From assembly GCF_009914755.1 (NCBI RefSeq), contig NC_060926.1: 64,000 nucleotides of DNA; one strand, written 5' to 3'. The first letter of the stretch is position 1; each line of letters starts with the position of its first letter. A program made the position numbers and the translations under genes. The stretch is from the human T2T-CHM13v2.0 reference genome, Homo sapiens. A model generated the notes under the pieces. The model had not been told where the DNA came from. It made no database searches and saw only the letters and a program-made list of their open reading frames with translations. Below, piece by piece: positions 12,176-25,589 of this stretch.

Positions 12176-12439
12176 TCCTTTCACCTTCTCCCATATTCCT
12201 GTGACCTTGTAAAGGATGCCCTTGTTTTCCATGCCTATATCACTTCTTTCTCAGCCCCTTTTACTATCTGGATTTCTAATATCTCTATCAATGGGCTTCC
12301 AAGATCTTCCCATGCATACTGTATTTCCAGGAAAGGATTAAGTATGGACTTGAGATATAGCCTCTTTCCTCTCAGTTATTTTAAGCCTCCTGTTAGGACA
12401 AGATTTCCAGATCCTTTACCACCCAAGCATGGTCTAAAA

Positions 12440-12864
12440 TGTAGGTTTATTATTCTTCAAGTATGGTGAGGCCAACAGATCAGAAGACTACTGCCACTGA
12501 AAATACAGTTTGTTCCCAAGAGGAGGAAGTAGAGCATGCCAGTCAGGGCCCTTGGGGGAGCACACTGTGTGGAAGCAGATGCGTCAAGGGAAAAATTCAG
12601 GCAAGAGCATTTATTCTGGTTTCCTTTAGAAGGAAAAAGTGAGGCAAGGTCAGCTGGCTTAGGATTGACTAGTTTGAATAATTTCAGGGGGATAATGACC
12701 TAGAGTGTAAGACCCCAATAAATGAGGTAGTTGGTTTGCATATGAAAGGCATGCTTCCAAGTGAGCTGTTCGCTATCTCTAGGAATTGGTTAGCCCTGGG
12801 TAGGACACTTTCTCTAAGCTCATCGAGGCACCAAACACAGAAACTAGAAAACGTGGTGATTACA
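12440..12864 (-). mobile_element. ERVL-class solo LTR, MER74/MER54/MER73 group
   Basis: TG...CA termini; minus strand reads cccagggctaaccaattcctagagatag..gcatgcctttcatatgcaaaccaac, characteristic of this group. Confidence 0.7.
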
Positions 12865-12874
12865 AGGCCACATC

Positions 12875-13090
12875 CTACAGTGAAAATAGCATAAGATTTG
12901 GAGTATTAATCCAAATTTTAGGTCTAACTGGTAGAAGATATGTGACCTTGGACAAGTCACTTTACTTCTCTAAGCCTCAGTTTTCCCAGGGTAACACGGA
13001 CTTTCTTCACAGGGTAGTAATGGAGATTAAATGATAGAAACTACGTGCTTTTCACTTCCTAATGCAGTATGGGTTCCAGGACAAATGATT
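12875..13090 (+). mobile_element. MIR
   Basis: tgtgaccttggacaagtcactttacttctctaagcctcagttttccc core. Confidence 0.8.
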
Positions 13091-13159
13091 GGAGCAACAG
13101 AGGTGAAGGGAGTACCCAGGTGCTCTTGTAGCCACTGAGGCTCAGCAGTAAATAATTTA

Positions 13160-14940
13160 GACAAAAGGGCTGCCCTCATGTAGCTTACATTCTGGAAATG
13201 ATATGATAACCAATAAATTAGTAAGTAAATGTGCCATATGTCAGATGACAGTAAGTGATATGGAGAAAATTAAGGCAGACGGTATGGGGAGGTGAAAGTT
13301 ACAGTTCTTTAGGGTGTTCAGAGGAGGTCTCATAATGTTTAATAAGGGCAACATGAAAGGGAAGGCCAGGAATAGATAAGGAAATGAGACATTTGGGTAT
13401 TTGGGGGGGAAATATACCTGGTAGAGGGGACAGCATGTGTAAAAACCTTGAGGTAGGAGATGGGTTGTGCCTGGAATGTTGAAAGACTACAAAGAAGAAA
13501 CTAGTGTTGAGAGAAAGACTGTTACAGGTAGTTAGACATGAGTGGGGCAGGATAGGGATCTTCCCCCACCCACTAGGAATGTCTGGTGGTGGTTTGGCAA
13601 TTATCACACTGCCTCTTTAAAAGCGTTAAATTGGCAGCTGGCACTAGGGAGAGGCCATATCTTGATGGTCCACGTCTGTTGCACTAAAGTGTTAATTGAG
13701 TGCAGATGCCAGGGAGAGACAACTTCCTGGACTTGCGCATTAAAAGACAAAATGGCAGAGTATGACCTACCAGGGGCACTCTACTGGAAAAGGGAAGAAA
13801 GCCTGAGATGGGCACACACACACAACTTCCCAAACACACTGTGCATGCTCATCTCCCAGGGGTAAGGAGGGCACTGCACATGCAGGCAGCCCACCTTAAG
13901 GGGAGAATCATGAGAAAGGGGCCAGCCTATAAAGTCCTAGAATCAAAGGTTGAACATTACACTTGACCTTCAGATGCCTGCTTGGGTCCCTTCCAAGTGA
14001 ACTTTCCTTTCTTTCCTGTTCTAAAGCCTTTCAAAATAAACTTCCACTCCTGCTCTGAAACTTGCCTCAGTCTCTTTTTCTGCCTCATGCCCCTGAGTTG
14101 AATTCTTTCTTCTGAGGAGGCAAGAATTGAGGTTGCTGCAGACCTATATGGATTCACCACTGGTAACTTGGATACCTTCCACCAGTAACAAGACGAGTGA
14201 GGTGGAAATTGGAAAGGGATGGAGACTTGGAGACCATGGGAACCAGATTCTGGAGGGCATCACGGGCTGGAGTGAAGCATTTGGCTTTTGAGAGTAGGGC
14301 GATGGGGAACCCACAATGGAGAGGCTGCATCAGGGGCAGGACATGGCCTGATGTGGAAGTAACTGGCTCATTTTTGTTGCTGTGCTATGAACAGACTGTG
14401 TTGTGGAATAAAAGTAAATTAATCTCAGGAGACAATTGTGATCATGGAAACATTATCCAAGATAATCCAAGAATGGATGGGGGCTAGACCACAGGGCAGT
14501 GATGAGGATTAGATGCTGGGTGGATTTCTGAAGGTAGAGGTGACAGGATTTGCTGTCTGATCAGATAAGAGATTATTAGAAGAAGGGGGAATTAAGGAAG
14601 ACTCCAAGGGTTTTGGCTTGAGCAACTTAAAGGTTGGAGTTTCCATTAATGGAGATGGAAAAACTGTGGGACAACATAGTTTGTCTATGAGGGTGAGGGG
14701 GTGGTGTTGGAATAGAAGATGCTCTTGAAAATAGAATTGGAGATGCCTGTTAGATACCCAAATAAAGATGCCAAGAAGGCAGTTGGATGTGTAGTATGTG
14801 GAGGAGCTCTAAACTGGAAGTATAAAATTGTAGAGTCATTTGCATGTAAATTACATTTGAAGCTTTGAGGCTTGATAGAATAATAAAAGAGGTGAACATG
14901 GAAAAGGTAAAATAATGGATGTTGAGAGTCTTCTGGGAAC
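13160..14940 (-). mobile_element. L2 3' region interrupted by MER50
   Basis: tgccctcatgtagcttacattctgg (antisense L2 3' end); purine-rich antisense L2 motifs (gactccaagggttttggcttgagcaac; gagatgcctgttagatacccaa). Confidence 0.75.
13520..14190 (+). mobile_element. MER50-type ERV1 solo LTR
   Basis: TGTTACAGGTAGTTAGAC...GTAACA termini; perfect 4-bp TSD AGAC (13516-13519, 14191-14194); TATA-like cctataaag ~13926; AATAAA 14035-14040. Confidence 0.88.
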
Positions 14941-14969
14941 AATCCCCAGCTTTGACCTGTAAATCCACT

Positions 14970-15238
14970 TACTATCCATCATTTCAGCATCATTGCCCCA
15001 CTCCCTTTGCTCTATTTTCCCCATAGCACACACCACCTTCCAATATGACATTTTACATACTTGTTTCTGTATTTGTGTTCATTGTCTGCCCCCTCCAGTA
15101 TCTCCCCCTCATATGCTGCACTGAATTTTAGCTCCTTAAGGGCAGGCATCATTGTTTATTCAGTAAGATATCCCAGGCACCTAAGATAATGCATAGCAGT
15201 TGATGCTAAATAAGTATTTATTAATGAAGGAAAGAAAT
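14970..15238 (+). mobile_element. L2 3' end
   Basis: tagctccttaagggcagg...atcccaggcacctaag...taagtatttattaatgaaggaa. Confidence 0.7.
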
Positions 15239-16125
15239 AGTGATTTTTATTAATTTCTCTCTTGAAGGTCTTTTAGTCTTAGAATTTTGACTTTCTAAAG
15301 CCAACATATCAAAAAAAGAAAGCTAAAACTTATCAACTTTTTGCATTCATTAACAGCTAACATCTCCAATGACAGTTTCGAGCAAGATCTCAAAATAAAT
15401 GATATTGAAGACATTTCCCTGGTCAAGAGACAGCAGGGAGAGAACAAACAATAATGTTAAAAGAGAAGGAAGGTGCCCAAGAAAACCTGGCTCCTGGACT
15501 GTACCCTGATCTGTTTGAAAATAATGTAAGGTGTAAAATTACCAAGACCTGGCTTGTCTTCAGGACTAAGTCTGATAGGAATAGCTTTGCTAATAATTTC
15601 AACACTGATTTAATTCAACATTAACATAGGTATGCCACAAATCCTTATTAATGAGGAAAGATTTGTTCTGCATTAACACTATTCTAAAAAGTGTGCCAGC
15701 TGTTGAAGGTATAAAAATGAGTAATGATGGTCAATATTCAGTTAGGATATGGTCACTTAAATAATAAAGAATGGACGCAGACAGGAGGATCATAGGACAC
15801 GGGGTTTAAGTTAGAAAGATCTGCAAAGCAGGTACGACTTGGAGTGGGACTTGAAGGGTGAATAGCATGACTTTTTCAGTCACAGGTCTTTCCTGGACAT
15901 TTACTTTTTGTTGTTATATGGACCCTGACAGCTCATAATCCCATCTTCCTAGATGACCCAAAGGAGTCATACAGAAACTCAAAAGGTTCAAAAGCAAAAT
16001 CTTTGACCCTCTTCACTCTTTCATAAACATGTTTGGAATTCTTACTTTAGGTCAAGCACTGGACACTAGAAATATCAGTTTAAATAATCCGTGAGCACTA
16101 CCCTCAAATAATTTATGCTCTATAG

Positions 16126-16310
16126 CAATGTGGTTCTTAAACTTTAGGCTACATCAGAATCAACTGGAGATTTTGTTGAAACATAAAGTTCTGGCCCAAG
16201 CTCCTGAGTTGTTGATTCACTATGTCTGTGGTAGAACGCAGTTATTTTCATTTTTAGCAAATTCTCAGATAACGAGATGCTACTAGTCTGGGTACCAGCT
16301 GTACGAGGAA
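16126..16310. mobile_element. MER5A hAT-Charlie MITE
   Basis: gtggttcttaaacttt..catcagaatcaactggag..ttgttgaaaca..tttttagcaaattctcagat..gatgctactagtctggg. Confidence 0.75.
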
Positions 16311-17039
16311 GCATACAGCTAAGTAGGTCAGTGATTACCAATCAGTGTGGTGAGTACATGAAACAGCAGGCAAGGTTTGGGACAGCCCTGTTTGAAATTT
16401 GGAAGTGAAAATCATGGTGCACAAAGCCATCCTTGCTCTGCTTCCCTGGGGATTCTCTGCTGATGAATTACTGGCTTCCCTAATGATGTTTCTTACAGAG
16501 AAGTATCAGAACTGCAGTTCTTATAAATTCTCTCATCTAAAGAGTTTTCATGTTCACTGTCAATACTCAAAGTCTTAGCTACAAACTAAGTACTTCTGGA
16601 TCTTGATTGATTTCATTGCAAGAAAAAGTAAGAAACACATTTAATTCATGTTGGTTGAAGGAAATTGAGGTAGAAAATTAGACACTTTATAAAATCTACA
16701 CATAACCAAAAATTCAAATGGATAGTAGAATCGGGAAGGATAAATTATTTATGTCTCCACAGCAAAAAGAATTCAAATAAGAATATGCAACCAATGAACT
16801 TTTAATGGATCAATATTATTCTGTGTCAAAGTAGTCAAAAATATTTCTTGAGCTGCCTTTCTGTGCATAGCATGTTGGGATATGATGAAATAAATAACAA
16901 CATGAGGAGTGATCCACGGCCTCAAATAGATTGCAGTATAGTTAGATGGATAAAAAGATTAAGTCATACCTATTCACTCATGAGAAAATGTATTTTACCT
17001 TTACTATATAATGGAAACTGTGTTACATGCTGAGAATAC

Positions 17040-17210
17040 TAACATAAACTAATATAATACTAACGTAATTCTATGTAATGGGTATGATTATCATTCTCAT
17101 TATCTATATATGAAGCACAGAAATGCTAAATAACTCACTTAAAGTGAAGAAGTTAGTGGAGTCAGTCTTTAAACCCAGAAGTCTGGCCTCTTTACTGTTG
17201 TATTATACCT
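17040..17210 (-). mobile_element. MIR fragment
   Basis: attatcattctcatt..tgaagcacagaaatgctaaataactcac..tttaaacccagaagtctggc. Confidence 0.6.
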
Positions 17211-17351
17211 GCCTCAGAAAACAGGCACACTAGAACTGATGATGAAGATATGCTCGTTTTTATTCAGAGTTGTTTTCTGGGGTTGGGAAAGCACTTATTT
17301 GAAGAAGGTTCTTTTGCTTTGTCAAGTTAGACACTTGGGAATATTTGCTAA

Positions 17352-17996
17352 GTATCGTGTAGTCGTTTTCTATTGCTGTGTAACAAATTGCCCCAAAACT
17401 CAGGAGCTTAAAATAACAAACATTTGGCATCTTGCAGTTTCCGTAGGTCAGTAATCTAGGCACAGCTGATCTCAGGGCGTCTGACTCAGGATCTCTCACA
17501 AGATGGCAATCACAGCACTGGTGGGCACTGTGGTCTCATGAGAGAGCTGGACTTGGGGCAGATCCGCTTCCAAGCTCACTCAAGGTATTGTGAGAGGCAT
17601 TCAGGTCCTCGTGTGCTGCTGGACTCAGAGGTTTGTGGAAGCGTTCGGGTCCTCACGTGCTGCTGGACGGAGGGCCTCAGTCCCTCAGTGGCTGTTGACC
17701 AAAGGCCTCGCTTAGTTCCTTACCGTGTGGACTTCTCCAAGGGCAGCTCACACATGGGGATTGGCCTCTATCAAAGCGGGTAAGAGGGAAAGATTGGGGG
17801 CATGCCCCTAGATAAAGCCACAGTCTTTGTAACCTAAACCTAATCTCAGCAATGACACCTTATAATTTCTGTCATGTGTTATGAATTAGAGGCAAGTCAG
17901 TAAGTCCAGTTCAAACCTAAAGGAAAGGGAGTGCACGAGGATGTGAGTTCTGGGAGGTGAGGCTCTCTGGGGCCATCTTGGAGGCTGCCGACTACA
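17352..17996 (-). mobile_element. MLT1F-like MaLR solo LTR
   Basis: ttttctattgctgtgtaacaaattgccccaaaact start; ggccatcttggaggctgccgactaca end. Confidence 0.8.
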
Positions 17997-19069
17997 GTGT
18001 GAACTCTTATTTTATTCAGAAGATTTGGTATATTTGCTGGCCAGAAAGCAAGGAACTGTTCTAACAAACTTTCTGAATCTCTGAAAAAAACTCATGAAAA
18101 GAAGAGTGAAGGAGGCAGAGTCCCGGATATTCTTAGCCAGACCCTCCATGAGCTTGGCTGCCATCTGACACAAACATGTCAGCGGGGACGGAAGATGAGC
18201 ACGGTATGTCTGAGGCACGGAGCCTGCTAAAGTATTCTGAAAGTCAGATCGATCACGGGCTCATTGAGGTTCTAGTAATCCTGCAGAAAAGCCACAGAGT
18301 CTGGCTTTTAATAGAGGGAAAGGTGAGCCACAGCTGTCTCATAAAATGCGAGGATGTCTCCTCCATGCTGGCTCCCTTGCTGATATGCTGCATATGCTCA
18401 AGTCACAGTGCATTTTGTTTGTCTTGATTTTTCATTTCTGTTTTAAACTCATGCTAATTCCTGAAAGGATAAAGGAGGCATATAGTTAAAATGTGATTCT
18501 CTATTGAGATTTGGGTTTTCTGGGGCTTCTTAAGAAGACTTTGCTAGCCACAGTAGCTGATTCCTCTGGGTTTCTGGCCTTATAAGATTCTAGCTAAGCT
18601 TTCAGTCTTAGCTTATTACATATAGAGAGAGGGGGCAAGGTTAAGAACACCTCCATACTTTTTGACTTGTTCAAGGATCACTCAGGGAGTATTTTATTTG
18701 ATGCTTTCAAACAATATGCATGGCCAGAGTTATTATGATTGTCATTATTTGGGAAATGAAGACAGTGAGGTTTGGAGAGTTTCGATCACCTGCTAAAGAT
18801 CACTCTGGACACAGGTAGGGAAAGGGCCAATGCTTGATGCAGGCCTGGCTGACTGAGGGGTTGCTAACTCATGGTGCATCTCTCTTCTCCACTGAGGAAA
18901 TAGTCCCCAAAGCTATAAACAGACAAACCAAAAAAAGCCCTTTATACTCTTGGATGCTTGCACTTATAGATCAAGGCCTATGTTTCTCCTCCTTTCTTGA
19001 CACCCAGTGCTGTTGCTGGTGTGAGTGCTGGGGTTGGCACTCCAGGGTTCATCAGTCCATGTATGGGAG

Positions 19070-19250
19070 AAATAAACCAAGGGCTTTGGAGCATGGCACA
19101 TTCCAGTTCAAATCCTAATTCCTCTCTCTACCACCTTGGTGAAGTTACTAACACTCTTTGAATCTCAGTTCCTTTACCTGCAAAATGGAGTTAAAAGTGT
19201 CCGTTAGTGTGCGGTACTTAGTAAGTGCAAGTGTTTGACAAAAGGAAGTT
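19070..19250 (+). mobile_element. MIR
   Basis: ccttggtgaagttactaacactctttgaatctcagttcctttacctgcaaaatggag. Confidence 0.7.
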
Positions 19251-20653
19251 GCTTTCTTTCAGTGGAGTAAGAGACAGTCAAGTGTTTGGTGCTTGTCTGA
19301 GGTTTGCTAGATTCCTTCATCAACTGGAAGGGTCCAAGTTATGATCTTACATAGCCTGATATCTTTAATAGAAATTGTTAGACTCAGTCTTCACTATTAA
19401 AGTTGGTCTTTGTGTAAGATGCCAATAAAATTACTTCTCCCTGAAATGTGTTTCTGTCAGACTATTATCCCCCAAACCTGGCTGGGCATTGATGAGGGAC
19501 TCCACTAGAGCACGTTCCAGCAGCCCATAATAAAAGGAAAGAGCCACTGAATCAGAAGCAGATAAACTCCTTATAGTCCACTTGAGAACACTGGCCTGGT
19601 TCCCTGGTTTTGCTGAATGTTGTTGCATGTGGACATAAATCACCTACTCATTTTAGAGAAATTTTACCTGTAGCTAAAAATCTAAGGAGCATTTGAAAAG
19701 TGTAGACATACGTAGACTAAGAGAAAATAAAAGCCAAATTCAATTACATGGTACACCTTAAAGTAAGTGTTTCAGGAACAGAAAAACCCAAATAACATCT
19801 AATACATAGATTCCACTAGGAGGAAACTGAGTGCCCCTCAGGTTTTGGAACCAGTTGAATGGACATTGATAGATTTGTCTTCCTTTCAGATTAAATTGAA
19901 CTTCTCATGTGAAAGTAGTTTCCCAGCTTCTGCTCTTGAAAGCTACATTTTTTTCCTTAACTAAATTTCTCTTGTTTAGATGTCTTAGCTTTCAAGCAGC
20001 TTGAAAAGTGATACATTGGAGTCTGGGAAGGTTTAGGAGAAATTATTTATTTGAAAATTTTGAGAGAAAGGAAGAGTCTTTGGCAGACTCTTCCTTCCCT
20101 CTGGTGAAGTGGCATGTGGCAAATGGACCCTTCACTGGGCTTCAGCGTTTTCTCTCAGGCTCAAATGCCCAAAAATGTACAAAATGACTTTTCAACAATT
20201 TTTCATAACTTGACAAGATAAATATTATAAGGGCTGAACGTGAGCATTTGTGAAAATGAGGGCTGTCCTCGAAAGAGTGGCAATACCACATAGGAGTACT
20301 AAGCGGACAGCAGGCTTGGCTGTTAATTAGATAATGTGCTGAGAACTTGTTTTTCCTTTAGCATCTGTGGACATAACCTCATCTTTGGGGTTAGCTGGCT
20401 TACAGAGAGATACTAATGCTAATTTATAGCTCAAGAAAATATTTTAATTTTAGGCATTGACAGATAAACATATCTAGACATGACAGAGACATTCACAGAA
20501 GTGTGGAATAAATGCTATTGTTCATATGTAATTACAGACTCCCTAAGGACTGAGCCTGTGGATTATTCAATTGTTCCAGTTCTTGCTTATATTCCGAAGT
20601 ACAGCAGGACCCTTACCTTATCCCTTATGCATAGCTGAGCAGTGTGGTTTTAG

Positions 20654-20866
20654 AATAGGGTTTCCCACGTGGACACTGTTGATGTTTTTGGTTGGATACT
20701 TCTGTGTTGTAGGGGCCGTTCTGTGAATCATATGATGTTAAGCAGCGTCTCTGGCTTCTACTCACTAGTTGTCAGTTGAAATCTCCCTCCCCCACCATGA
20801 CTATAAAAAATGTCTCAAGACATTGCCAAATATCTCCTGGGGCAATTGACCAACTTGAAAATCACT
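20654..20866. mobile_element. MER20 hAT-Charlie MITE
   Basis: cagcgtctctggcttctactcactag; aaaatgtctcaagacattgccaaatatctcctgggg; ttgaaaatcact end. Confidence 0.8.
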
Positions 20867-21159
20867 ATTTTTGAGGAATATCTGTTGTGACTCATAATAT
20901 TTTTGCTTACTTTCTTATCTCAGAATCTGACACTATTTTCTCTCTCTTCGTTCCACTTCTTCAGGCTTATCATAATCACCATGTTATTGAACAACTATGA
21001 TTAGGACATTAGACACTCGTGTTTTATATACAACAAATATTTACCAAGTGTAGATTGAAATCTAGGGTAGGTGTCAGAGACTGATGGGTGAAAAGCCTAA
21101 AAGATAGATGCAGGCAGGCAGGATCAGGAAGCCTCAAATGCAACAGTAAGCAGCTGGAA

Positions 21160-21161
<2 letters not shown>

Positions 21162-21211
<50 letters not shown>
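21162..21211. repeat. (AC)25 microsatellite
   Basis: Direct inspection. Confidence 0.97.
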
Positions 21212-21213
<2 letters not shown>

Positions 21214-21397
21214 ATAGTCATGAACAAGGCAAGACCATAGTGCTCAAAGAAATTATAACCTAGTTGGGAAAATGATGCATTCATGTTCAGAAAAACAGTA
21301 AAAGGCAGCCTCCCCCACATACCAAATGAATGGCAGAGACAGTAAAAAACAAGATGAGAAAGACCGCACTGGACTAAAAAGAAAAAAATATACAGGA

Positions 21398-22004
21398 TGA
21401 ATTAACTTTCTATTGCTGCTATAACAAATTACTACCACTTTAGCAACTTAAAACAACACCCATTTATTATCTCATGCCTCTTTAGGTCAGAAGTCCAGGT
21501 TGTCTTGGCTGATTCCTCTTCTGTAGGTGTCACAAAGCCAAAGTTAAGATATTGGTTGGTGGGGGTTGTTATGGAGTGGTTCTGGGAAAAAAAGCTTTCC
21601 AAGCTCAGCCAGGTTATAGGCAGAAAACATTTCCTTGCAGCTGTAGGATTGAGCTCCTCTTCTCCTTGCTGGCGGTCAGCTGGGGACTACTCTCAGCTTT
21701 GTGGCCTCCTCTGGTCCATGCGTGGGGAGTCCTGCATTTCAGAGGCAGCAACAGCACACCAAATCCTTCTCATGCTTGGAATCTCTCTTACTTCCCCTTC
21801 TGCCACATCTCTTCTGCCTCTAGACAAAAAACGTTTTCTGCTTTTAAGAGGCTCATATGATTAGATTGGGCCTACCCAAGTGATTTAAAATAATTTCCCA
21901 ATCTCGAGGCCAATAACCTTAATAGAACCATGAAAGACAATGTATTAATAGTTTCTGGAGATTAGGGTGTGAACATCTTTGGGAATGGCATCATTCTGCC
22001 TACA
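21398..22004 (-). mobile_element. MLT1E-like MaLR solo LTR
   Basis: tttctattgctgctataacaaattac..ttaaaacaacacccatttattatctca; ttttaagaggctcatatgattagattgggccta; cattctgcctaca end. Confidence 0.8.
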
Positions 22005-22109
22005 GAGATGATTGAAGAAGGCAGTAGTGAGCCAAGGACAGCAGGATTCTACACATGGACTTGATGAACAGTGGGGCTCTAATGAAAATTTTTGCACACA
22101 GAGCATTTT

Positions 22110-22650
22110 TTAAGTAAACTTTTTATTTCAGAATAATTTTAGATTTACAAAAAAGTTATAAAGAGACTTTCTATATACCCCTCTCCTAGTTTTCCTCATT
22201 TGGTACCTTGTCAAAACTAAGAAATGAACATTGGTACATTGCTACAAACTAAACTCCAGCCATCTGCATATCTCTTGCTTTTCCGTGAATGCCTTCTCTC
22301 TACTCCAGGATCAAACCCAGGGTACCACATTGCATTTAATTATCATACCTCCCAGTTTCCTCTGGTCTGTGACAGTTTCCCAGTATTTCCTTTTTTTCTT
22401 AATGACCTTAACAGTTTTAATGTGTGCTGGCCAAATGTCCACTAGAATTTCTCCCAACCTGGGTAAGTCTGATGTTTTTTCCTCATGATTACACTGGAAT
22501 TAAACTCCAGAGCCCTTCCAGTCACCTTACATGATGGGGTCATGATATTCGCATGACATATCTGGTGATGTGAACCTTTATCACATGGTTAAGATAGAGT
22601 GTGCCAAAGTTCTCTACTATAAAGTTACTAATTTTCTCTTTCCCTACTCA
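22110..22650 (-). mobile_element. L1MC-type 3' end
   Basis: tttttatttcagaataattttagatttacaaaaaagtt..tgtcaaaactaagaaatgaacattggtaca. Confidence 0.75.
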
Positions 22651-23623
22651 AGGGGATTTTTTGAATGATTTATTTTGACATACTGGGTAGAAGGGATTTG
22701 AAATGAAAGGGGGGCTTTTATTAGAAAATAATGATTGGACTATGTGCCTATGTAGGTGTAAACTATAGAGATAGTTGTACTTAAGGCAGAGAGAGAGAGA
22801 GAGAGAGAGGGAAAGAGAGAGATAAATGAGGAAAATTCAATAGAACCTAGTGTTTATCTTGAAGGAGAGGGTCAGAGGGTCAAGGATAATTTCAAAGTGT
22901 CAAGCATACACAATAAGATTAATGACAATATCAATGACAACAAAGTATAGGTGGGAAGGTAAACTTGGATGATAACTTTAGTTTTACTTGGATTATTTTA
23001 ATTCAGAGGATTTTATTGTTCTTATCTATAGGGCCATCCAGGAAACAGTTGAAAATGTGGAATTGAATGTCATAAAGAAGGTCAAGATTGAAGACAGCCA
23101 GTTTGCAATAAAGTACTATTAAAATGGAAACATTATTTCAAAGGTCTCCAAATATGTTCATTTCCTAATCATTGCAATTTATTCAGGGGAACCAACCTTC
23201 CATGCCAGACATGTTTTTGGCTATCCTCATCTCAACCTTTCATTATGACTTCAGAATAAAAGCAAGGTGAGGTCAAATATCAGATCCCTGCAGGGAGATA
23301 ACCTGGGCTCTTTGTCTGATGGAATCTCAGCATCTGACAGCTCACTGCTCTTCAGGGAAATCCAGGGCAGCTGCTTTCCTTGACATTCAAAATTTAGAAC
23401 TTAGAATGGAGCCAAGTTCTTCATGGCTGCTCCTCTCTCCTCCTCTCCAGTGATCCAGCAAACTGAGTGCTTTGCTGGCAGCCCTAACTGGCTCCTGGAG
23501 TTTTAAGACCCATAAGGGAAGGAACTATGTATAATATTTCTCTTTGCTTTTGCAAAGTACTTGCCATGGAACTAGAAGCATATCATATCACTGGGGGGAA
23601 ATATGAACTTGAAAGTTAGATGG

Positions 23624-23942
23624 GGCTGGGCACAGTGGCTCATGCCTGTAATTCCAACACTTTGGGAGGCTGAGGCTGGTGGATTGCCTGAGGTCTGGAG
23701 TTTGAGACCACCCTGGCCAACATGGTGAAACACTGTCACTACTAAAAATACAAAAATTAGCAGGGTGTGGTGGCATGAGCCTGTAATCCCAGCTACCCAG
23801 GAGGCTGAGGCAGGAGAATTGCTGGAACCCGGAGGCAGAGACTGCAGTGAGCTGAAATCACACCACTGCACTCCAGCCTGGGTGACAGAGCAAGACTATG
23901 TCTCAAAAGAAAAAAAAAGAAAGGAAGAAAGAAAGAAAGAAA
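23624..23942 (+). mobile_element. AluS (Sx/Sz-like) with (GAAA)n tail
   Basis: Full dimer; TSD gaaagttagatgg (23611-23623) / gaaagttaaatgg (23943-23955). Confidence 0.95.
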
Positions 23943-23955
23943 GAAAGTTAAATGG

Positions 23956-24155
23956 ACTTGAGTTCAAAACCTTGCTCTGTCATTTACAGTTAAGCAACAA
24001 GGCAAGTTATACAATTATTTGGAGCTGCAGATTCCTTCCCTGAAATACTAAGAAAATAGTATATACTTCACAGAAAGGTTGTAAACCTTGTATATGGCAG
24101 TAAATTGAAGCTCTTAGCACAGAATCTGGACATAGAAGACTCTTGATAAAGGTTA
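23956..24155 (+). mobile_element. MIR (interrupted by the Alu)
   Basis: ttgagttcaaaaccttgctctgtcattta..aagctcttagcacagaatctggacatag. Confidence 0.6.
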
Positions 24156-24159
24156 ATAA

Positions 24160-24410
24160 CAACAGACACCTACACAGTACTTACTAAGGATCAGGCATTG
24201 CACTAAGTGATGCCAATTTTACCCCTTCATTTTAATCCCCACGGCAACCCAATGAGGTAAGTAGACCATTGTTATCCCCATTTTATAGATGAGGAAACTA
24301 AAGCAAAGACTGGTAAAATGACTTGCCCTACATCACAAAGAGCAGAGATGGAATTAGAATCCAATAAATCTGGCTTTTTAATCTGTGCTCTTAAGAACTA
24401 TAACATACTG
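24160..24410 (-). mobile_element. MIR
   Basis: ttatccccattttatagatgaggaaactaaagca..tgacttgccctacatcaca. Confidence 0.85.
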
Positions 24411-24984
24411 TTATTATGCACCTAGCACCAAACAGTAATCCACAATAGCTCTTATTATTATTGTTAATAAAGGTTTTTTAATAACTTAAGCTTATTAAGC
24501 CATTAATGTAGGAGAAGACAAGAATATTTGCTGTGCCCACTTTTACTTAACACTAGTTTAGCTCTTCTAGTCAATGCAACAAGAAAAATGAAATATTTGA
24601 ATAATTTAAAAAACTATCATTTTTTAAGATGTTAACTTTCCAACATAAAATCTTAACATAACACATGTAAATAGTAAAATGGCTGGTTATCGAAAGAAAA
24701 GTTCAAATTCAAAAGCTTTCCTATATAGAAGTTATATTACACAGAATTCTTGGGCATTGCGAAGGCCCACAGACATATTTAGGATTTGATGCTGGCAGTC
24801 GTCTGAGAATTCAGTGAAGAATGTTACTCAGAATGCCTCCCTAGAACCTCTCCAACATGGTAGTGTCAGGATAAAGATACTCCTCAGCTTTCAATGCCAT
24901 CTTCCTTTAGCTCTTCTCCAACAACCTTCTCGAGTCCCATCATGTTTCCACTAAGAGTCTCCTTAGGACACTTCCAGCTTGTCC

Positions 24985-25510
24985 ACAAAACTGAGTTGTG
25001 CACAACAATCATTTTATTATTATTAAAATTTTGTGGGTCAGGAACTTGAGAAGGCCCTAGCTGGCTGGTTTGTATTTGGTCCTTCTAGGCAGCTGCATTT
25101 AGATATCAGCTAGACATCATTATCAGAAAACTTGGCTTGGCTGTGAGTTCAAGATGTTGTACGCGCATGGTTGGTGGTTTTCCTGGCTATCGGCTGAGAA
25201 CTCAGCTGTTTCTGTCAAATGGGCTGTCAAATTGTGACCTTTCTAGCAAGGTAGTCTCAAGGTTGTTGGACTTCTTACACAATAGCCAGCTTTCCCCAGA
25301 GTGACTGCCCAAGAGAATCAATAGGAAGCTGAATGACCTATTCTGACCCAGCCATGGAAGACACACAGCTTCGCTTCTACCTTACTCTGTTTGCTTGAAG
25401 CAGTCATAAGCCTGCCAGATTCAAGTAAAAATAATCTAACGAATAGAATAGGAGACAGTGTTTGTGACAAAAAAGTGACTAAAAGATTAGGTGATATAAT
25501 AATAAAATTT
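24985..25510 (-). mobile_element. MLT1H-like MaLR LTR
   Basis: tttgtgggtcaggaacttgagaagg..ggacttcttaca..ccaagaga..ggaagctg..ttctgacccagcc..ggaagacacacag. Confidence 0.7.
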
Positions 25511-25589
25511 ATCATGGTAATTTAAAAACTTAATTATAACTTCAGATACCACACTTATTTTTCTAGCTTTTGCAAGTGTTAATTGCCAA

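Noticed and set aside
17352-18360. CpG island / gene promoter
   Set aside because: CpG enrichment is modest and GC content too low for a true island; kept only as a weaker finding
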